A program made the translations under genes and the position numbers. Shown one piece after another: positions 1 to 7,291 of a stretch of DNA of 43,043 bases (position 1 is its first letter; each line of letters opens with the position of its first letter). The stretch covers positions 1 to 43,043 of the forward strand of contig JANNCJ010000048.1 in the NCBI GenBank assembly GCA_031386485.1, written 5' to 3'. The DNA comes from a bacterium. Lineage in GTDB: Bacteria; Patescibacteriota; Minisyncoccia; Phycocordibacterales; UBA5272. The notes under the pieces are model-generated. The model saw only the letters and a list, made by a program, of their open reading frames with translations, searched no databases and was not told the origin of the DNA.

Positions 1-187
1 ATACCAATGAGTGCCATTGATCTTCTTTTATTATTTAAAACTTTGTTTATGTCCATAATGTTAGTGAATATATACATTTTGTTATGTATATATTGTAACA
101 TGGGAGTTATTTACGGACAAGGTTAATGACCTGCAAATCAAATTGAGTCGCCAAACGGCGTCTGCTAATAAACCACACTGAAACCCT

Positions 188-451
188 TCAGAATCTGTTC
201 GCCCCTTCGTGTTCAGTCGGCAGCACAAGAGACACTCCACACTCACTTTGTATCTTGGATCTGAGGTATCCAGATTCTTCAAGAAGCTTGACCAATGCTT
301 GCTCATTCCTGGTGAGTAGATTCCGGTCTCTGAGAGCAAAGCATGTAGCTGCTTGAATGCAAATAGCCGCGTCATTTAGCCGCTGGTCGAATCCTGGGTC
401 CCAGTAGTTATTCCACGCTTTGACAAACTCATCAATCCTTTTTCCCATCAT
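188..451 (-). CDS. orphan small protein (87 aa) in GC-elevated island
   Basis: ATG-started ORF directly downstream of conserved leader copy A. No recognisable motifs. An alternative frame (82-375) overlaps it. Confidence 0.45.
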   Translation of the reverse strand: MMGKRIDEFVKAWNNYWDPGFDQRLNDAAICIQAATCFALRDRNLLTRNEQALVKLLEESGYLRSKIQSECGVSLVLPTEHEGANRF

Positions 452-465
452 GTACCCCTCAGGGT

Positions 466-522
466 TAGAAAAATGTTACCGGCGAATTTGCCACACTTTT
501 CTCACCAATAATCCTAGCATAA
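466..522 (-). promoter_or_regulatory. conserved 57-nt leader, copy A
   Basis: Ungapped match to 2344-2400 (46/57 identical by hand count). Lies 14 nt upstream of the ATG at 451. Confidence 0.6.
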
Positions 523-544
523 AATATATAAAATTGAAAGGGCT

Positions 545-1762
545 TTAGTCCAAAATAAAATCTGGGAGCTCTGTTGGAGTTTTGACACCCCAATCTTCAA
601 ATGACTTTTTAAAGCTTGCAAGTACAGCGGCTTTGAACTCTGTACTGTTTTTAGTAAAAGTGCTCATACCAGAGTCTGGTGGCCACATAATACCAATTTT
701 TACACCATCTAATTTTTTTATTAATTCTAACGATTCCCTTAATTGCCTTTTATTAACCAGACCTTTGGCAACAGCATTATAGCCGATAAGCTTGGCAATT
801 CTTGATCCTATCATCTGTTTCGTAGATGGCTTTATATTTTCTGTGAGCTCATAAGGCAGCTGAGGGAGAATTATCACATGAGTCGGTTTTACTTTGTCAA
901 TTATCTCTTGTATAGGACAAGCTGCGACAGCGCCGTCATAATACTGCTCACCATTAATTATACCAGCCTTACCAGTCATCTTAGGGCCGAGTGCCATAGA
1001 CGCTTTGACAGCTTCATCCAAGGAGGGGACTTCTGCTTGATTACGCGCATCAAGTAGCACGACTTCTGGATCCTTTACTCCGTCAGTCGGCTTTGTCACA
1101 ACATAGTACAGCTCAGTCTTAGAATTCCTAATTTTATCTTCATCTATTATGGGGCCTCTACTTGAACCTTTCAGCGCCCCCACAAGCCAGTCCAGATTAA
1201 CTACGCTTCCCCCTTTTACAACTCTTTTCGCATTAATAAAATCGTCGTCGCTCCCAGACTCTGCGAGGATTTTGCTTGCCTCTACTGTCTCTCGCTTGCC
1301 TGCGAGATATCCAGTAGCTACGACTGCTCCGCCTGATGCGCCCACTACCGCATCTACTTTATCTGCAGTTATTCCGATTGCATTGAGTGCCATAATCTGC
1401 CCTGCTGAATAGGCGCACTTCATACCACCACCGAGGATCACAATCAGAGTTTTAATATTCTGATTATCCGGATTAGAAGCTTTGTCTCTGAAGCCAGCTA
1501 TTGCTTCTTGAAGATTTACATTCCATGCGGGCGCCTCCTTGCTTATTCTCCTTTCAAAATCAGCGTCATCTCTTATGGCCTCTTCATGCATTATATGCTG
1601 CGGAGTCTTTCTTCTGAATCTTAGTAGATTCTTTAGTTGTAATGCATGCTCATTCCATTTTCTAATATGGAATTCTCTCTGTCTTTTTAGTGCTTCTTGT
1701 TCTGGGGTTAGAGGCGGGTTATTAGGCTCGGCATTACTTGGTGCTGCAGACATTGATTGCAT
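545..1762 (-). CDS. patatin-like phospholipase
   Basis: GGGMKCAY glycine-rich motif, GASGG (GxSxG) nucleophile elbow and YYDGA catalytic Asp motif, plus a ~110-aa N-terminal extension. Confidence 0.85.
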   Translation of the reverse strand: MQSMSAAPSNAEPNNPPLTPEQEALKRQREFHIRKWNEHALQLKNLLRFRRKTPQHIMHEEAIRDDADFERRISKEAPAWNVNLQEAIAGFRDKASNPDNQNIKTLIVILGGGMKCAYSAGQIMALNAIGITADKVDAVVGASGGAVVATGYLAGKRETVEASKILAESGSDDDFINAKRVVKGGSVVNLDWLVGALKGSSRGPIIDEDKIRNSKTELYYVVTKPTDGVKDPEVVLLDARNQAEVPSLDEAVKASMALGPKMTGKAGIINGEQYYDGAVAACPIQEIIDKVKPTHVIILPQLPYELTENIKPSTKQMIGSRIAKLIGYNAVAKGLVNKRQLRESLELIKKLDGVKIGIMWPPDSGMSTFTKNSTEFKAAVLASFKKSFEDWGVKTPTELPDFILD

Positions 1763-1805
1763 ATTTTTAATAGATTAATTATAAACCTATATGAATTATA
1801 TATCA

Positions 1806-1859
1806 CCCAAAACAAAATGCAAGCAGGTATTAAGAAGCTCATAACTTCTACCTGCTTGC
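1806..1859 (-). terminator. intrinsic terminator after ORF 1890-2336
   Basis: Perfect 11-bp stem gcaagcaggta/tacctgcttgc (1819-1829, 1849-1859) with an inner gaag/cttc extension. On the minus strand it is followed by ATTTTGTTTT. Confidence 0.7.
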
Positions 1860-1889
1860 GATATTCCATATTCCACCTGCAGCGACTAA

Positions 1890-2336
1890 TCAGTTAGGAA
1901 CTGGAAATCCGTAAATCGGATGAGGCGATGCTGAGACAAACATTGTATTGTGAATATTGTCCCAGATTACTCTCCACGGCTGAATTAGGGTCATCATCCT
2001 CTGATAAGCCTCACCCACTTCTCGCTCAATAAATCCAACAAGCAAATCCTGATCTCCATTAGAAAGTGTTAGGGTGATAGATGTTCCATATTCCGCGAGC
2101 ATCCGCTTAATATGATCGAGATCGAGCTTCTCAGGTCTTGATATGGTTCCTCTCTCTAACTCAGTCTGCAAACATTTTGCATTCAGAGCTATCAGCATGA
2201 TGCAGTTGATTCTGGATAAGGAGTTGAGAAAATCTGTTACGCGCTTGCTTTCAGGCACGAAATCAGGAAATTTGAATTGAATTTTTTGTCCTGTTGCACC
2301 AATAGCTGTAAGAGTTTGTGTCATGATTCTTTCCAT
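1890..2336 (-). CDS. orphan protein (148 aa) in GC-elevated island
   Basis: ORF preceded by leader copy B and followed by a strong terminator. No recognisable motifs. Confidence 0.5.
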   Translation of the reverse strand: MERIMTQTLTAIGATGQKIQFKFPDFVPESKRVTDFLNSLSRINCIMLIALNAKCLQTELERGTISRPEKLDLDHIKRMLAEYGTSITLTLSNGDQDLLVGFIEREVGEAYQRMMTLIQPWRVIWDNIHNTMFVSASPHPIYGFPVPN

Positions 2337-2343
2337 TCATAAG

Positions 2344-2400
2344 TAGAAAAAGTGGTACGGCGACTTTGCCACACTTTTCTCACAAATAATACTAACACAA
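2344..2400 (-). promoter_or_regulatory. conserved 57-nt leader, copy B
   Basis: Ungapped match to 466-522. Lies 7 nt upstream of the ATG at 2336. Confidence 0.6.
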
Positions 2401-2516
2401 TAATAATCACTTCGCAACTAGATGTCAGTCGTCTTATAGTTATATGAAAAAGAAGTAATTATAATTATTCACAGTATGAGTTTGTAAAATGTGATATCTA
2501 TTGATATAATAAAAGT

Positions 2517-3209
2517 ATGATAAATAATGCTGTGATCAATCCTATACCAATCATAGCAATAGACGGGCCAACAGCCTGCGGCAAAGGTACAATAGCGAGA
2601 ATGCTAGCTAAGCACTTTGGATACCATTATCTAAATGTGGGGTCACTTTATAGGCTGACAGCATACCTGGCCAAGCAAAAAAATATTGATGCAAAAAATA
2701 TAGTAGAGATAGTAAAAATTGGGGAATCGTTAAGAGGGGCTTCGGCTCCTCTTTTTATTGATGAGCAAGTTGTGATTGGCGGCATGGATGTGTGGGGAGA
2801 AATAAGCAAAGAAGAGATTGGTAAGCTGGCCTCACTCATCAGTCCTATCCGAGAGCTGCGCCAAGCTTTATACGACTTTGAAAGGTCACAAATTAAACTA
2901 CCAGGATTAGTAGCTGAAGGCAGAGATATGACTAGCGAAGTGTTTAAAGATGCGCATATTAAAATATATCTTGACGCATCTCCAGAAGAGCAAGCAAAGA
3001 GGAGGTGGAAGGACGAGCAGTCTAAAAATAGTGGTATCACTTTTGAAAGACTGGTACAAATAATGGAGGAGCGTAATAATTCTGACAAAAATAGAGAACA
3101 TGGTAAATTAGAAATAGTGCCTGAGGCATACTATATAGACACTTCTAATCTTGATGTTGAAGGGGTATTTAAATTAGCTTTAGATTATGCAAAGACAAGA
3201 TTGTCATGA
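2517..3209 (+). CDS. cmk: cytidylate kinase
   Basis: P-loop IAIDGPTACGKGT, NVGSLYR motif, and typical length of 230 aa. Confidence 0.9.
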   Translation: MINNAVINPIPIIAIDGPTACGKGTIARMLAKHFGYHYLNVGSLYRLTAYLAKQKNIDAKNIVEIVKIGESLRGASAPLFIDEQVVIGGMDVWGEISKEEIGKLASLISPIRELRQALYDFERSQIKLPGLVAEGRDMTSEVFKDAHIKIYLDASPEEQAKRRWKDEQSKNSGITFERLVQIMEERNNSDKNREHGKLEIVPEAYYIDTSNLDVEGVFKLALDYAKTRLS

Positions 3210-3219
3210 TGTTCCCTGT

Positions 3220-3262
3220 CCTTCCCTTAGGGAAGGTGGCGAAGCCGGAAGGGGTTAACTAA
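3220..3262. repeat. GC-rich hairpin repeat, copy 1 (ccttccc-tta-gggaagg ... ggaaggggttaactaa)
   Basis: About 88% identical to 20036-20080. Sits in the convergent gap between cmk and the ATPase gene and contains that gene's stop codon. Confidence 0.6.
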
Positions 3263-6030
3263 AACGCATACTTATTCATAATCTCATCCTCGACTTCTTG
3301 GCGTGGCCTACCGTACTTCTCATAACTTAACTTCTTAAGCATATCAGCCACGTCTTTATTGCCTCTACTATTATATGGTATATGTAGCGAAAATGGTTTT
3401 TGTGGTGTGCCTTTATTTAAAATTTTAACATATGCATTCAGGTTCTCTGTGCGCATCAGATCACTAGCCGTAAAAACTGGAGCAAACTGCTTCTCGAGAA
3501 AATGTGCATCATCAGGTCCTACTCTACATATACACATTGACCCCACATTACCAAAAACTGCTGTCTTAATATAATCAGGAAGCTGCCCTAAATGTTGATG
3601 GGCGATATTTAATGATAATCTAAACTTTCTCGCTTCAGAAAGAATAGTAGATATGCTCTCTGTAACTACATTTTGAAACTCATCCAAATATAAATAAAAA
3701 TCTGGCCTATGGTCACTACTTCCTCTCGCAAGTGCTGCTTGGGCAAACTTGCCAATTAATATAAGACCAATAAGATTAGCATTAATGTCACCGAGTCTAC
3801 CCTTAGATAGATTTACTAATAATATTTTTTTATTATCCATGATGTCTCTAATATTAAATGCTGACTGCTCTTGGGCTACTACTGGGCGCAAGATATCATT
3901 GGTTAGGAATGGATCTATTTTACTATTGATAAATGGCACCCAGTTAGAGAGGCCTTGCTCACCTGTGGTCGCTTCGGCATTTTTCCAATACTGATGTATT
4001 AGGGGATTCTTACACTTTGATAATTTGTAATCTCTAAAGTCTTTATCTGAGAGCACTCTTGAGATCTCAAGTAAGGTATTGCCACTCTCTGGATGCTCCA
4101 TCACTAGCTGAGTAGCATTACGGAACATCGCTTCGAATCCTGCCCCGCCACTTGTCTTCATGTCAAATAACTTATTGAATATTCCTAGCATCTCATTAAT
4201 CACTAATGTCTTAAGCTCTGGGAAATTCTTATCATACTCGAGCATATTTAATCCCATAGGCCTCTCTGTCTCTGCAGGGTCGAACCATATCACGTCATCG
4301 TATCTCTCAGGGGGGATATTAGCCAAGATCTCATTCACATCATCACCGAGCGGATCTATGAAGCAGCAGCCATCGCCATTTTTGATATCTTGTATTATAA
4401 GATTTTTAAGCGTGACTGTCTTACCTGTACCTGTCTGCCCTATGACATAGAGATGTCTCACTCTATCTTCGCGCCCCATATGTATTGGAGTCTTTGTGTC
4501 TCTATATTCATTGTACCCGAGTAGCACTCCATCGCTACCTAGATCAAGAGGTGCCGGGGCTGTAGCCATCTTAGAGAGCTTAACTTGATTATAGTCTTTA
4601 ACATAACCAGGTATATGATAGAGCGTGGCGAGCTCAGTCACATTAAGAGGCACCGACTCCTTATCGCTCCATAATCTATAGATATAATCATGAGCATGAT
4701 GTAGCATATTCTTAAGCTCATAATCAGCAAATTCTAAATGATTACCATTATTCTCAGAGTACTGCTTAAAGCTCGCCTTGATATCATTAATTATATATTT
4801 AGCTCTCTCGCTCGTAGTCGCACTCGCAAAGAGTCTGATATTAGTATCAAGTATAGTGGAAGATAACTTCTCATTGATTAATTTAATATGATCTTGATCG
4901 ACATAAGTCTTTTCTTTTTCTTTGGTCTTATCTAATTCTTCTTTACTTTTAAATGACTCTTTAAAATTAAGTAAGCCGCCGCCAAAAAAGCTTTGTCTCT
5001 CTAACGCCTTCTTAAAAGTATCGCCATCCTTTTGCATTCTATCTAAGACTTTGCCATACTCACTTTTAAATCTATCCCCTACAGGCTTCACGAGTATCTG
5101 TAGCCCGGCTCCCTCACCATCCCTACTTAGCTTAGCAAAAGAATTTATAATTACAGTGATTGGGTCACCTTCTAGGCTCTTATAAGTCTTAAGCGGTAAT
5201 ATCGGATCTTTACTCTGCCTTCCTATGGCCGCCACTTGATAACCTGAGTCGTGGAATATATTATAGTCTTCGTCTTTGGGCTTAACCTCAATACCAGGGA
5301 AATAGCCTTGTAAAGTCTTCTCCAGTATATTCTCTATTTCTCTCGGTACTGCTATATAAAATACAACTTCACTCGAGCCATTACTCATGGCGAGCTCAAG
5401 ACTATAATAGTTCTGATTACTATCACCATCAATCGAGATGCTTTGCAGTGCCGCATATAACTGCTCCATCATTTGTATAGTGCTCTTCGGATCACTCTTG
5501 CTGCTCGCTGGGTCATGGGCTGGGGGTACTATTTCAAAAAGTTTAAGATGAAGCGCTTTCCACTCTCTCTCATCTATCTTAACTTTCACATCATTATGAC
5601 CAGAGAGTAGATATGAGGAGAGGAATCTGTGGAAGTCGTCTTCGAGCTCAGGTAGACCAAGCTTACTCGCTATCTCTATGGCAAACTTCACACCGTCCCT
5701 ATTCATAACTCCTGCGAGCTCACTCACTTCACTCGAATAATGATTGTTTTTAAAATTATTAAGAGTATCTTTGATGCCAGCGTCGCGAAGTGTGACATCA
5801 GGAGAACCCACAGTAATCTGATTAGAGATGTGACTATCGATAGCAGATCTCACCCCTTCTTCTCTACTTATGCGTGGGCCGAAATTCTGCATCTCTACTT
5901 CCTTCTCTTTAATCTTAGACCTCAGATAATTTATCTCTTCTTCTGGTGTAGCAAAATGAAGTGGCTGCCCATTACTCTCGCCTTGATGAGTGACGCTTAA
6001 GCTCTTGTGTTCGGGTGAGGCATTATTCAT
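3259..6030 (-). CDS. VirD4/TraD-like (type IV coupling protein-like) P-loop ATPase with large uncharacterised N-terminal half
   Basis: Walker A VIGQTGTGKTV, Walker B FYLYLDEFQN, and RKFRLSLNIAHQHLGQL typical of TraD/TraG/VirD4-type ATPases. The N-terminal ~500 aa carry no recognised motifs. Confidence 0.65.
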   Translation of the reverse strand: MNNASPEHKSLSVTHQGESNGQPLHFATPEEEINYLRSKIKEKEVEMQNFGPRISREEGVRSAIDSHISNQITVGSPDVTLRDAGIKDTLNNFKNNHYSSEVSELAGVMNRDGVKFAIEIASKLGLPELEDDFHRFLSSYLLSGHNDVKVKIDEREWKALHLKLFEIVPPAHDPASSKSDPKSTIQMMEQLYAALQSISIDGDSNQNYYSLELAMSNGSSEVVFYIAVPREIENILEKTLQGYFPGIEVKPKDEDYNIFHDSGYQVAAIGRQSKDPILPLKTYKSLEGDPITVIINSFAKLSRDGEGAGLQILVKPVGDRFKSEYGKVLDRMQKDGDTFKKALERQSFFGGGLLNFKESFKSKEELDKTKEKEKTYVDQDHIKLINEKLSSTILDTNIRLFASATTSERAKYIINDIKASFKQYSENNGNHLEFADYELKNMLHHAHDYIYRLWSDKESVPLNVTELATLYHIPGYVKDYNQVKLSKMATAPAPLDLGSDGVLLGYNEYRDTKTPIHMGREDRVRHLYVIGQTGTGKTVTLKNLIIQDIKNGDGCCFIDPLGDDVNEILANIPPERYDDVIWFDPAETERPMGLNMLEYDKNFPELKTLVINEMLGIFNKLFDMKTSGGAGFEAMFRNATQLVMEHPESGNTLLEISRVLSDKDFRDYKLSKCKNPLIHQYWKNAEATTGEQGLSNWVPFINSKIDPFLTNDILRPVVAQEQSAFNIRDIMDNKKILLVNLSKGRLGDINANLIGLILIGKFAQAALARGSSDHRPDFYLYLDEFQNVVTESISTILSEARKFRLSLNIAHQHLGQLPDYIKTAVFGNVGSMCICRVGPDDAHFLEKQFAPVFTASDLMRTENLNAYVKILNKGTPQKPFSLHIPYNSRGNKDVADMLKKLSYEKYGRPRQEVEDEIMNKYAF

Positions 6031-6105
6031 CTCTTAATGATAGCATATTCCTACACCTTATTATCCTGTATAATCCACTTATTAATTTACCTTAATTTAT
6101 TTATA

Positions 6106-6321
6106 CTATTTCAAATTCCAAAACTCTTTATCTGATAAATCTATATCTTTTAAAATAGCCTTAAACAATCCGATCTTTAGCTGGTCATTATTATGAACTG
6201 GTACAACTATTGTAGTCTTATCCTTTTTCATAACTAAGTGACTTCCTCTTTGTCTGTCAAGATAAAATCCTAATGCCTCTAATACTTTTATCATTTCTTT
6301 TCCAGACGGTAGCTTTGCCAT
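6106..6321 (-). CDS. hicA: HicA-family mRNA interferase toxin
   Basis: 71 aa; KEMIKVLEALGF...RQRGSHLVM matches the HicA/YcfA signature. Lies 9 nt downstream of hicB. Confidence 0.85.
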   Translation of the reverse strand: MAKLPSGKEMIKVLEALGFYLDRQRGSHLVMKKDKTTIVVPVHNNDQLKIGLFKAILKDIDLSDKEFWNLK

Positions 6322-6330
6322 AACTTTATT

Positions 6331-6564
6331 TTATATAGCTAAACTTAAATTAAATGTGCTGACGAAAGTATTACTCGGCACTTCTTCCTTTGCACTTCTG
6401 ACTGACTCTAGATACAGCTCGCACGCTTCTTGCATATTCTTTACAACTTCTTCATATGTTTCGCCCTGAGTATAACAGCCCGAAAGAGCTGGTATGTAAG
6501 CGAAATACCCAGACTTCTCATCTTTCTCTATAACTGCAGTATAATTAAATATTCTCTTATTCAT
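6331..6564 (-). CDS. hicB: HicB-family antitoxin (UPF0150 fold)
   Basis: 77 aa; YTAVIEKDEKSGYFAYIPALSGCYTQGETYEEV is typical of the HicB N-terminal domain. Confidence 0.8.
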   Translation of the reverse strand: MNKRIFNYTAVIEKDEKSGYFAYIPALSGCYTQGETYEEVVKNMQEACELYLESVRSAKEEVPSNTFVSTFNLSLAI

Positions 6565-6681
6565 ATATAAATGATATCACGATTATAAATAAAACGCAAA
6601 ATTAGGATTTTAGGTTTCGTTTTTAAAGGGCGTAATACAGGTCTTATATATCAAGCTTTATTTAGCGAAATTTTCTAAAAT

Positions 6682-6746
6682 TTAGTTTCGCTGTGTCCCG
6701 TGTAGCCCTGCGCCGTATGGTGCGGAGCGTAGTGGGATTTATAATT
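6682..6746 (+). pseudogene. decayed copy of the 37004-37150 Cys-rich sORF / GC-rich hairpin element
   Basis: Shares ttagttt[c/t]gctgtgtc and cctgc[g/a]ccgtatggtgcgg with 37028-37089. In the homologous frame it has no ATG and two stops (..PCAVWCGA*). Confidence 0.5.
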
Positions 6747-6772
6747 TGACAAATCTCTCTCTCTGCTAATAT
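6746..6772 (+). promoter_or_regulatory. sigma70-like promoter for ORF 6840-7238
   Basis: TTGACA (6746-6751) and TGcTAATAT extended -10 (6767-6772), with a ~15-nt spacer. Confidence 0.45.
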
Positions 6773-6783
6773 GCACAATGTGG

Positions 6784-6799
6784 ATTGACGGTCGTCAAT
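6784..6799. promoter_or_regulatory. 7-bp inverted repeat attgacg-gt-cgtcaat (operator or 5' UTR hairpin)
   Basis: Perfect arms located between the predicted -10 and the ATG at 6840. Confidence 0.4.
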
Positions 6800-6839
6800 T
6801 CATAACAAGCAATCTCATATTGAATCTTAAGGACCAATC

Positions 6840-7238
6840 ATGATAGGCACAATAATCACTTACTCTCAGGCCAGCGACGTGCGGGTCATTCTGCATTTCG
6901 GAATGAGTAATGCTTTATTTACGGCATTCATATTTTCCTTACTCGTCTATTTCCACCACAACAATGCTCCTTCCGCTTGGCTTGCTGGAGTCTCCGTTTA
7001 CAGTCTTTACATGCTGCGCCAACATCGCAAGATGTTTGTGTTGCATCAAGCGCCGGACCTCACGTCAATTCACGCTGGCTACCGCGGAAGCAGCGAGGAT
7101 TTCTGGAACTTCGTTGCAGAATCAAAACTCACAATGCGGCAGATGGAAGTCTCATTCTGGAAACATTTCTGGGGTCCACCATTAATCGCAATAGGATTCG
7201 TCTTGCTTTTCTGGTTATTCCCTGCAGCGGGAAAGTGA
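6840..7238 (+). CDS. orphan membrane protein (132 aa, ~3 TM) in GC-rich island
   Basis: Hydrophobic segments ALFTAFIFSLLVYF, WLAGVSVYSLYML and LIAIGFVLLFWLF. Flanked by a promoter and a terminator. All three forward frames are open, as expected for high GC. Confidence 0.5.
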   Translation: MIGTIITYSQASDVRVILHFGMSNALFTAFIFSLLVYFHHNNAPSAWLAGVSVYSLYMLRQHRKMFVLHQAPDLTSIHAGYRGSSEDFWNFVAESKLTMRQMEVSFWKHFWGPPLIAIGFVLLFWLFPAAGK

Positions 7239-7261
7239 ACCCGGTGACCTCAACGAGCTCA

Positions 7262-7290
7262 CGCGGCACCAATCTGGTGCCACGTTTTTA
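7262..7290 (+). terminator. intrinsic terminator
   Basis: ggcacca-atc-tggtgcc stem-loop (7265-7281) followed by TTTTT, in a convergent gene gap. Confidence 0.75.
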
Positions 7291-7291
7291 A

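Noticed and set aside
1-56. Possible 5'-partial minus-strand ORF running off the left edge (MDINKVLNNKRRSMALIG...).
   Set aside because: Only 18 codons are visible, which is too short to support any call.
582-1778. Plus-strand ORFs 582-782, 1149-1412 and 1539-1778. Similar antisense ORFs lie inside other long genes, e.g. 2648-3088, 3359-5185, 9238-9563, 10783-11049, 20614-20988, 27316-27708 and 35257-35622.
   Set aside because: They lie entirely inside longer ORFs on the opposite strand that carry clear family motifs. Their products are low-complexity Ser/Leu/Pro-rich with no motifs. They are typical shadow ORFs.
3206-3262. Micro-ORFs inside the GC-rich hairpin repeats: MMFPVLPLGKVAKPEGVN at 3206-3262, whose start forms an ATGA overlap with the cmk stop, and MWPHFLPVGKVLEERKGLTKLL at about 20013-20081.
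   Set aside because: Only a 7-residue stretch is shared before an indel shifts the frame. The conserved feature is the stem-loop rather than a reading frame, so they are more likely fortuitous ORFs in a repeat.
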